Shown piece by piece: positions 9,789 through 17,411 of a stretch of 45,677 bases of DNA; positions within the stretch are counted from its first letter, which is position 1; each line of letters opens with the position of its first letter. The position numbers and the translations under genes were made by a program. The DNA comes from Spirochaetota bacterium (GTDB lineage Bacteria > Spirochaetota > Spirochaetia > Treponematales > UBA12059). Under the pieces are notes generated by a model. The model was not told the origin of the DNA, did not search any database, and was given only the letters and a program-made list of their open reading frames with translations. The stretch spans positions 1 to 45,677 of the forward strand of contig JAHIWF010000158.1 of assembly GCA_018815555.1 (NCBI GenBank). The letters run 5' to 3'.

Positions 9789-10868
9789 TCAACATTCGGA
9801 CAGAAATTCCTGCTCCAACCCGTCCACCAATTCCTGCACCGGCACAATTTTATCTACCCGCGAGGCATTCAGGCCGGCGAAGGCAAAGCCTTTGTCCATC
9901 CGTCCCTTTTGGGCATTAAGCAATGCCAGCGAAATGCAATAGGGTGCTTTTGCCGGGTCGCAAGTGGCAATACAATGATACGGACAATTGCAGGGAACGT
10001 GGCGGCCCCGTTCTACTGCTGCAAGAAAATCATTTTGCAATGCCCGCCCCGGTAAACCTACCGGACTGGCTATTATTGACAAATCCCCGGCCTTAGCATC
10101 CAGAAAACTCTTCTTAAATGATGGCGCCGCGTCACATTCGTCGGTAGCCACGAAACGGGTAGCCATTTGCACACCGCTTGCTCCCAAGGACAGCAGATGA
10201 TGAATATCGGCCCCGCTGTAAACCCCGCCTGCGGCGATCACCGGTATCGGATTGTTACCGTCGGAAAAGGGAGCCAGGGCGGCTATCACTTCCGGCAGCA
10301 GTTTTTCCAGACAAAAATCCACATCTTCCAGTTGTTCTTTTTTGAAGCCAAGATGCCCTCCGGCTTTTGGACCCTCCACCACAAAAGCATCCGGCCGGTA
10401 ACTGAATTTTTCCAGCCAGCGTTTAGCAATAAGCGCCGCCGCCCGGCCGGATGATACTATTGGCACCAATTTTGTCCGGATTCCAGCCTTTAAAAATTCC
10501 GGTAAATTTACCGGCAAACCGGCACCGCAAAAAATCACATCAATTTCTTCTTCGATAGCCGTTCGGACCATGTCGGCAAAATTGGTCAAGGCTACCATGA
10601 TATTGACTCCCAGTATTCCTTTAGTCAGGCTCCGGGCCCGCCGGATTTCGCGACGCAGGGCGCGGATGCTTGCCCCCACAAAATCCCGGAAACCGTCCGG
10701 TTCCAGTAGACCAATGCCGGCAGCGGCAATTACGCCGATGCCGCCGCTGTTAGCCGTTGCCGAAGCCAGGCCGGACAGCGAGATGCCAACGCCCATGCCC
10801 CCTTGAACAATGGGAATCCGCGCAATCAGGTCGCCAATGTGCAAACCCCGCCAATTCTGTGCAGCCAT
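9789..10868 (-). CDS. nitronate monooxygenase/FabK-superfamily flavoprotein, FabX/UfaA-like with C-terminal 4-Cys cluster
   Basis: PIVQGGMGVGIS, GAGLP, VEGPKAGGHLG, AAGG, GVQMATRF, SPVGLPGRA, CPYHCIATC...YCI; GGAGG SD. Confidence 0.85.
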   Translation of the reverse strand: MAAQNWRGLHIGDLIARIPIVQGGMGVGISLSGLASATANSGGIGVIAAAGIGLLEPDGFRDFVGASIRALRREIRRARSLTKGILGVNIMVALTNFADMVRTAIEEEIDVIFCGAGLPVNLPEFLKAGIRTKLVPIVSSGRAAALIAKRWLEKFSYRPDAFVVEGPKAGGHLGFKKEQLEDVDFCLEKLLPEVIAALAPFSDGNNPIPVIAAGGVYSGADIHHLLSLGASGVQMATRFVATDECDAAPSFKKSFLDAKAGDLSIIASPVGLPGRALQNDFLAAVERGRHVPCNCPYHCIATCDPAKAPYCISLALLNAQKGRMDKGFAFAGLNASRVDKIVPVQELVDGLEQEFLSEC

Positions 10869-10933
10869 AATCTGGCCTCCTTACTGTCTACATGATGGAC
10901 AGCTAATAGTGATAAATACTTAGTTTAATAAAA

Positions 10934-12166
10934 TCAGACGCGTCCGAAGCAAAGCACGGCATTATGCCCGCCAAAGCCGAAAGAATTGGACAAAGCGGCC
11001 TTGATGGGCTGCTGTCTGGCCTGATGCGGAATATAATCCAGATCACAAGCCGGATCCGGTGTTTCAAGATTGATGGTAGGCGGCAGAATACCATGATGCA
11101 AAGCCAGAATGGTAGCAGCCGCCTCAATCGCACCGGCAGCTCCCAAGGTATGGCCAATCATAGATTTATTGGAACTGAGCGGCGGATTGGCGTATCCTTT
11201 GGCGCTGAATACGCTTTTTACCGCCAGAGTCTCAGTGCGGTCATTGGCTTCGGTACTGGTTCCATGAGCATTAATATAACCGATGTCGGAAGGGTTTAAC
11301 CCGGATCTTTCGATCGCCAACTCCATTGCCCGGGCTGCCCATCGGCCTTCCGGTTCGGGGATGGCTATGCTGTAGGCATCGCAGGTTGATCCATATCCCA
11401 GCAGCTCGGCATATATACGTGCACCGCGCCGGCTTGCGTCTTCATAACGCTCCAGAACCAATACGCCGGAACCTTCACCGATCACAAAACCGTCGCGGTC
11501 GCGGTCGAAAGGACGCGAAGCTTTTTGCGGCTGGTCATTGCGGGTAGAAAGAACGCGCATACAGCCGTACGCATCAACTACCGACGGTGTAATCGTCGCT
11601 TCGGTGCCGCCGGCGATCATCACATCAGCCTGGCCCAGACTAAGCATGTCCATGGCGTTGCCGATGGAATGTGCGCCACTGGCACAGGCCGACAGCACGG
11701 CGATAACAGGACCATGAGCTCCTATATCGATGGCCACATTGCTGGCTGCCATGTTAGGAATAATTTTTGGAACAGCCAGCGGATTCCCGTGGCCCGGCCC
11801 TTTTATGCGCAAATTGCCTAATTGGGTTTCCAGCAGGTCATAATCACCGGCTGCAGCCCCGATAACGCAGCCCACCCTGCACGGATCATATCCAGACAGA
11901 TCGATACCGGCATCTTTAACTGCCTGCAGGGCTGCCGCCGAGGCAAATTGAGAAAAACGCGCCATACTGCGGCTGCGCTTCCGGTCAAGATAATCCTGAG
12001 CCATAAAATCCGGTACCTCGCAGGCTATACGACTGGCGAAACCGCTGGCATCGAAAGCGCTGATTGTTCGGGCTCCTGACTTGCCGTCGACCAGATTCTG
12101 CCAAAACTCCGCCTGGTTACAGCCGATGGACGAAATAATACCGATGCCGGTTACCACAATTCTCAT
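10934..12166 (-). CDS. fabF: 3-oxoacyl-ACP synthase II
   Basis: Cys-His-His triad ACASG, NAHGTST, GHTLGAAG; SRPFDRDRDGFV; SNSFGFGGHN. Confidence 0.93.
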   Translation of the reverse strand: MRIVVTGIGIISSIGCNQAEFWQNLVDGKSGARTISAFDASGFASRIACEVPDFMAQDYLDRKRSRSMARFSQFASAAALQAVKDAGIDLSGYDPCRVGCVIGAAAGDYDLLETQLGNLRIKGPGHGNPLAVPKIIPNMAASNVAIDIGAHGPVIAVLSACASGAHSIGNAMDMLSLGQADVMIAGGTEATITPSVVDAYGCMRVLSTRNDQPQKASRPFDRDRDGFVIGEGSGVLVLERYEDASRRGARIYAELLGYGSTCDAYSIAIPEPEGRWAARAMELAIERSGLNPSDIGYINAHGTSTEANDRTETLAVKSVFSAKGYANPPLSSNKSMIGHTLGAAGAIEAAATILALHHGILPPTINLETPDPACDLDYIPHQARQQPIKAALSNSFGFGGHNAVLCFGRV

Positions 12167-12255
12167 AAGGACTCCTTGGCTCAGCTATATGCCCAGTCCA
12201 GCCGGCCAGGAGGAGTCTAACACGGTCACTTGAATGCCACAAGCTTACAAGATGA

Positions 12256-12272
12256 CAAATTGTGACAATTTG
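12256..12272. promoter_or_regulatory. palindromic operator candidate upstream of fabF
   Basis: CAAATTGT-G-ACAATTTG perfect 8-bp inverted repeat. Confidence 0.45.
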
Positions 12273-12298
12273 AGTATTTCGTAATCGTGTACAGGAAT

Positions 12299-12331
12299 AC
12301 AAAGCCCGGCTATAGGTGCTACAGCCGGGCT
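12299..12331 (-). terminator. intrinsic terminator after potD
   Basis: Minus strand AGCCCGGCTGTAGCACCTATAGCCGGGC-TTTGT. Confidence 0.7.
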
Positions 12332-12380
12332 GGTCATACCTAGGTAAGATACGGCAGAGAGGTGGCAGCTTCCTTAGATG

Positions 12381-13412
12381 CTAATTGCCAACCCTGATAC
12401 GCCGCCAAACTTCATTATACAGCAGCAGGGTTTGTGCGCCTAAATCTTCTTTAAACTCGCCCTTAGCCAAATCTTCGAACTGGTAATTAGGAGTTACGGT
12501 CATAAGGGCGCGGGCCGGAACATTCGGAGAAGGCAGCATCAGATAATCCGACACTCGCGCGGCGATATCCGGGCGCAGCATAAAATTGATGAATTTGTAG
12601 GCAGCTTCGACATTTTCGGCATCTTTGAGGATACAAAAACTGTCCATATACATGGGCATGCCTTCTTTGGGGAAAAAGAAGTCAATCTCGCTGTATCGGG
12701 AAGGCTCATACTCGATGTACACATTTTCGGCATAGCCCTGCACTACCCAGAACTCGCCGCCGGCAAACCCGCGGGCGAAGGATTCTGCGTCGAACTTGAC
12801 CAGATTCGGCTTCCATTCTTCCACAACCAGCCGGGCCTCCTCCAGATGCGCCGGGTCGGAATCATTCACCGAATAGCCGAGATATTTTAGGGCGGCACCC
12901 AAAATTTCGCGCATGTCGTCCAGCATGGTCATGCGACCATTCAGATCATTGCGTTCAAAGATATTCCAGCTGTGCTCATAGCCGGACACCTTGGTCTTGT
13001 TTACCGAAACGCCGGCAGCACCCATCATGAAGGGTATGCTGAAGCGGTTTCCGGTATCAAAGCGTATGCGGTTAAGCGCGCTTGCGTCCAGATTGGCATA
13101 ATTGGGAATCTTGCCCATATCCAGGCGCTGCAGCATACCGCCGGCTATCATGATGGACACATAATCTCCCGATGGAACTACGATGTCGTAACCTTTTCCT
13201 CCGGCCAGCAGCTTGTTGTACATTTCTTCATTGGAAGCATAGGAATCAACTACAACCCTGATTCCGCTTTCTTTCTGGAAATCTTCTATAACATCTTCCG
13301 GAATATAATATATCCAGTTATACAGATACAAACGGTCTTTGCTTCCGCTGCACGAACCGAGCAGCACTAGCACACAAGCCGCTGCAATCGCCGTAAAATA
13401 CTTTCTCTTCAT
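12381..13412 (-). CDS. potD: spermidine/putrescine ABC transporter substrate-binding lipoprotein
   Basis: Lipobox LLGSC; LYNWIYYIP, SNEEMYNKL, YDIVVPSGDY, MLDDMRE, PKEG; ATG 13412 follows AGGAGG. Confidence 0.88.
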   Translation of the reverse strand: MKRKYFTAIAAACVLVLLGSCSGSKDRLYLYNWIYYIPEDVIEDFQKESGIRVVVDSYASNEEMYNKLLAGGKGYDIVVPSGDYVSIMIAGGMLQRLDMGKIPNYANLDASALNRIRFDTGNRFSIPFMMGAAGVSVNKTKVSGYEHSWNIFERNDLNGRMTMLDDMREILGAALKYLGYSVNDSDPAHLEEARLVVEEWKPNLVKFDAESFARGFAGGEFWVVQGYAENVYIEYEPSRYSEIDFFFPKEGMPMYMDSFCILKDAENVEAAYKFINFMLRPDIAARVSDYLMLPSPNVPARALMTVTPNYQFEDLAKGEFKEDLGAQTLLLYNEVWRRIRVGN

Positions 13413-13423
13413 GTTCGACCTCC

Positions 13424-14218
13424 TCATTTGGCCGCGATGTTTTTAAGAAACCGGCGCATTGACCATGCGAGCACCACGGTTCCCAGTATCATAACTACAG
13501 AAAGGGCATTGATAACCGGCGACACGCCAAAGCGAATGGCCGAATACACGTACAGCGGCAGGGTGGTGGCTCCCGGCCCGGTTACAAAAAAGGTTATAAC
13601 AAAATCTTCCAGCGAAAGCGTAACCGCGGTAAGGAAACCGGACATGATGCCCGGCATGGTCAGCGGCAGAATAACCCGCCAGAGGGTCTGTAATTCGGTA
13701 GCGCCAAGATCGCGCGAGGCCTCAATAATCGAAAAGTCAAATTCTTCCAGCCGGGCCAGTACCAGCAGAAATACAAAGGGCAGGTTGAACGATACATGGG
13801 CCACAAACACCGTAAACAGGCCCAGCCGTATACCCAGCCCGGAGAAAAACACCAGCAATGAAACACCGATGATAATTTCCGGCAATATCATGGGCAGGAA
13901 CGTAATAGTACGCAAGTAGCCACGCAGCCGGAAACGGTACCAGTTGACGCCAACCGCCCCTAGGGTACCGATAACCGTAGCCACCAGAGCCGAACTGAGC
14001 GCCACGATGGCACTGTTGCCGAAGGCCCGCCACAGATCAGATGAATCAGTAAACAGCTTCACGTACCAGCGCAAAGAGAACCCGGTCCAGGAACCGGAAC
14101 GCGATTCGTTGAACGAATACAGCACCAACACCAGCAAGGGCATAAAAAGAAACATGATGGTTACGGCATATACGGTCCGCGAAAACGAAAAAGCTTTTAT
14201 AAAGTCAGGCTTTTTCAT
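13424..14218 (-). CDS. potC: polyamine ABC permease
   Basis: YSFN..., GFSLRWY, LPEII.G, EASRDLGA EAA loop, TLPLYVY. Confidence 0.9.
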   Translation of the reverse strand: MKKPDFIKAFSFSRTVYAVTIMFLFMPLLVLVLYSFNESRSGSWTGFSLRWYVKLFTDSSDLWRAFGNSAIVALSSALVATVIGTLGAVGVNWYRFRLRGYLRTITFLPMILPEIIIGVSLLVFFSGLGIRLGLFTVFVAHVSFNLPFVFLLVLARLEEFDFSIIEASRDLGATELQTLWRVILPLTMPGIMSGFLTAVTLSLEDFVITFFVTGPGATTLPLYVYSAIRFGVSPVINALSVVMILGTVVLAWSMRRFLKNIAAK

Positions 14219-15056
14219 GCTTTTTCTCCAGTATGTGCGTACCGTTGAAGCGCAGCAAAAGCATGACTCCTATTGTAGTTACCAGGGTTATAACCAGCGA
14301 AATGGCCGAAGCCAGGGGCCAGTTACGGCTTTTGGTAAGCTCGTCGGCTATCAGGTTGCCCAGCATGTAGGAATTGGTACCGCCCACCAGCAAGGGCACG
14401 GCATAGGCTCCGAAGATAGGAATAAAAGTAAACAGAAAGGCGGTAAAGATGCCGGCACGGATATTCGGCAGCAGCACCTTGCGGATAGCCATAAATTTGG
14501 TGGCACCAAGGTCGCGGGCCGCTTCCAGCAAGGAGAAGTCGAACTTGTCTATGGTCGAAAACAGCGGCAGTATGGCATAGGGCAGATAGGTATATACCAG
14601 CACCAGGGTAACGGCAGCACGGTTATATAAAAATCGCACGGATTCCTCGGCCAGTCCCAACCAGCGCAGCAGGTCGTTCAGGAAGCCTTCGTTGCCGAGA
14701 ATGGCGATCCAGGCATAGATACGTATCAGAAAATTGGTCCAGAAAGGAATTATTACCAGCAGCAGCAGCAGAGTCTGTTTGCTGCTGCGCGCCATATAAT
14801 AACCGCAGGGCAGGGCTATGAGCAGCGTAAAAAAGGTTGCCGCTAAAGCAACGGCTATGGTGCCGACCACAACCTTGCCGAAGCTCGGATTGGCAATGGC
14901 CCGGTATGCGTTCAGGGTAAAAGGCAGGTCTACCCCGCCCCGCTGTCCGGGAGTAAGAAAACTGTACAGCACTATGATCAACAGCGGTGCGATGAAGAAA
15001 AAAGTGAGCCAGAGCAGCGAAGGTGATGCATAGGCCAGTCCCGGCCCGCGCCTCAT
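14205..15056 (-). CDS. potB: polyamine ABC permease
   Basis: IPFWTNFLIRIYAW, YLPYAILP, LLEAARDLGA, RNWPLASA. Confidence 0.9.
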   Translation of the reverse strand: MRRGPGLAYASPSLLWLTFFFIAPLLIIVLYSFLTPGQRGGVDLPFTLNAYRAIANPSFGKVVVGTIAVALAATFFTLLIALPCGYYMARSSKQTLLLLLVIIPFWTNFLIRIYAWIAILGNEGFLNDLLRWLGLAEESVRFLYNRAAVTLVLVYTYLPYAILPLFSTIDKFDFSLLEAARDLGATKFMAIRKVLLPNIRAGIFTAFLFTFIPIFGAYAVPLLVGGTNSYMLGNLIADELTKSRNWPLASAISLVITLVTTIGVMLLLRFNGTHILEKKHEKA

Positions 15057-16159
15057 TGTTTGCGCTCCACCAGGAACACATCCTTGGCACTGAAAGACAG
15101 GTACACTTCATCTTTCCAGGCTATCTCCGGGCCTTCGTCCGACCAGTCGGCATGCTGCTTAATAACTTTCATTGTAGCGCCGCCGGCAGTCTTTATGTAA
15201 AATTTGGTCTGGAAACCGGAATAAATAGGCTCATCGACGCGGCCCTGCAGCGTGTTAAGCCCGCTGCGGCCATTGGCGGCCGAATCGTGAGAAATGCGCA
15301 GCTTCTCAGGCCGTACCGTCCAACTGACACGGGTGCCAATCGCTGGCGGGGTACTGTCGGTGAGGCAGATCGTACCGAACTCCGCGGTTTCCAGCTCCAG
15401 CAGCTCGCCGTCGATCTTGCGCACGATACCCTCGAAAAGGTTGGTTTCGCCGATAAACTTGGCCACAAAATCGGTGGCCGGAGCCTCATAGATTTCCTGG
15501 GGCGTACCGATCTGCAGTACCATGCCTTTGTTCATCACGGCGATGCGGTCGGAAACGGACAAGGCCTCTTGCTGGTCATGCGTAACATAGATAAAGGTAA
15601 TGCCGATCTTGTCATGGATTGAATCCAGCTCTATCAGCATGTGCTGGCGCAGCTTGGCATCCAGTGCTGAGAGCGGCTCATCCAGCAATAAAACGGAGGG
15701 TTCGTTGATCAGCGCCCGGGCTATAGCTACTCGTTGTTTCTGCCCGCCGGAAAGCTGCGACGGCTTCTTGTTGGCGTGGTCCTGCAATTCTACCAGCTGC
15801 AGATAATCGCTAACCCGTGCACGTATCAGCGGCTCTTTCTGCTTGTGCAGGCGCAACGGAAAAGCTACATTCTCGAACACCGAGAGGTGCGGGAACAAGG
15901 CATAATTCTGAAAGACGGTATTGACGCTGCGCTGATTCGGCAGCAGCGGCAGAACATCCCGGTCATCCAGCAAAACAGCCCCGGAGGCCGGTTCTTCAAA
16001 GCCGGCGATGATGCGCAGCAAGGTGGTCTTGCCGCAGCCCGAAGGCCCGAGAAGAGAGAAAAACTCTCCCTTCTGAATCTGGATGCTTACATCATCCAGG
16101 GCGACAAAGTCGCCGAACGTCTTGCTGACGTTACCGATATGTACGTTGCTTCCTATCAC
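15053..16159 (-). CDS. potA: polyamine ABC ATP-binding protein
   Basis: GPSGCGKT, VFQNYALFPHL, LSGGQKQRVA, LLDEP, TOBE-type tail; GTG start. Confidence 0.92.
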   Translation of the reverse strand: MIGSNVHIGNVSKTFGDFVALDDVSIQIQKGEFFSLLGPSGCGKTTLLRIIAGFEEPASGAVLLDDRDVLPLLPNQRSVNTVFQNYALFPHLSVFENVAFPLRLHKQKEPLIRARVSDYLQLVELQDHANKKPSQLSGGQKQRVAIARALINEPSVLLLDEPLSALDAKLRQHMLIELDSIHDKIGITFIYVTHDQQEALSVSDRIAVMNKGMVLQIGTPQEIYEAPATDFVAKFIGETNLFEGIVRKIDGELLELETAEFGTICLTDSTPPAIGTRVSWTVRPEKLRISHDSAANGRSGLNTLQGRVDEPIYSGFQTKFYIKTAGGATMKVIKQHADWSDEGPEIAWKDEVYLSFSAKDVFLVERKQ

Positions 16160-16191
16160 CTGTTGTGCCTTATCCCCTCCTGGTCAGGCGC

Positions 16192-16286
16192 ATAATGCGG
16201 CATGGTGGCTGGCAGTGTCAATATATTCGGGCTTGATTTATGCACCATTTATGCAGAATCTGCTGAAATTTCTGTATATTTATGCA
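16192..16286 (-). promoter_or_regulatory. pot operon promoter with three ATTTATGCA direct repeats
   Basis: Minus strand TTGACA-18-CATTAT; repeats at 16236, 16247 and 16278. Confidence 0.55.
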
Positions 16287-16322
16287 TGCGCAGAGACCAC
16301 GGCAGCCCGACGTATCGCCCAC

Positions 16323-17411
16323 TTATACCCGGGCGGAATAGCCGTTGTCGCGGAAACTGAAACAGGCCGAGGTACCAGGCTGCGCGGCGCTGAAATCCAG
16401 CGAGCCTTCCAGCTGATGCTCCACCAGCATTCTGGCCAGCTGCAGCCCCAATCCAGCCGCCGGTCCCGAGTCGGCTGCAGCAGTATAGCCCTTTCCGTCA
16501 TCCAGCACGAACAGCTTCTGCAAACCATCCGCCTGAGGCTGCAGCCTGACGCGGACCGTCCCGGAGCGGCCATCAGGAAAGGCATGGCGCAGACAATTGG
16601 AAACAAGCTCGCGGACCACCATATTAACCGGAATTGCGATATCCACCGGCAGCTTAAGCGGTGGAAGGTCGAAATCGAAGCGGACTCGTTCCTGGATATG
16701 CGGATAGCGCGGCAGCATGGCATCACAGAGCTGGGGCACCAACTGCTCGAGCTGAACATAGGTAAGCTCAATTTGATGCAGGTTTTGCTGCACCAGCGCC
16801 ATTGTGTGAATACGTTCCTGCAGGGTGCGCAAATCCTCCATCGTGGCCGGATCGCGGGTTTTCTGCAGCTGCATTTCTATCAGATTCATCATCACCGTCA
16901 TGTTGTTGCGTGTCCGGTGATGGATTTCACGCAGCAGCACTTCCTGCCGCTGCACGGCCGCCTCCAGCTCGGTGGTACGGCAGCGCACCACGGATTCCAT
17001 ATGCAGCTGCAGCCGGCGCAGCGTCAGGTGTGTGCGCACCCGTGCCAAAACTTCTTCGGTTCTGAAGGGCTTGGCAATATAATCGACGCCACCCAGCTCA
17101 AAGCCCCGGACGATGTCCGCCGTTTCGTTCAGTGCACTGATAAAAAGTACTGGTATTTCCCTTGTGCGTTCCTCAGCCTTCAGTTGCCGGCACACCTCGT
17201 AACCGTCCATTACCGGCATACGCAGATCCAACAAAATCAGGTCTGGATGGGCGGTGCGGGCAAAATAGAGCGCCCGTTCACCACTGGGGGCTGCCCGCAC
17301 CAGGTACCCCTCCGCTGAAAGAATTTGCTGCAGGAGATGCAGATTCTCCGGGATATCATCTACAGCCAGAATGGTATAAGGCTCGCGGTTTCCACAATCC
17401 GGTTCATTCAT
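16323..17411 (-). CDS. receiver domain plus HisKA_2-type histidine kinase
   Basis: VDD...LLDLRMP...AKPF receiver; EIHHRTRNN H-box; ELVSNCLRHAF, DDGKG, GLGL. Confidence 0.88.
   Translation of the reverse strand: MNEPDCGNREPYTILAVDDIPENLHLLQQILSAEGYLVRAAPSGERALYFARTAHPDLILLDLRMPVMDGYEVCRQLKAEERTREIPVLFISALNETADIVRGFELGGVDYIAKPFRTEEVLARVRTHLTLRRLQLHMESVVRCRTTELEAAVQRQEVLLREIHHRTRNNMTVMMNLIEMQLQKTRDPATMEDLRTLQERIHTMALVQQNLHQIELTYVQLEQLVPQLCDAMLPRYPHIQERVRFDFDLPPLKLPVDIAIPVNMVVRELVSNCLRHAFPDGRSGTVRVRLQPQADGLQKLFVLDDGKGYTAAADSGPAAGLGLQLARMLVEHQLEGSLDFSAAQPGTSACFSFRDNGYSARV

Noticed and set aside
10906-10922. FapR-box-like ATAGTG-N5-TACTTA between fabF and the flavoprotein gene
   Set aside because: Three mismatches to TTAGTA-N5-TACTAA in AT-rich DNA and no fapR in the window
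16083-17318. 411-aa plus-strand ORF
   Set aside because: Antisense shadow of the REC-kinase gene; no motifs or SD
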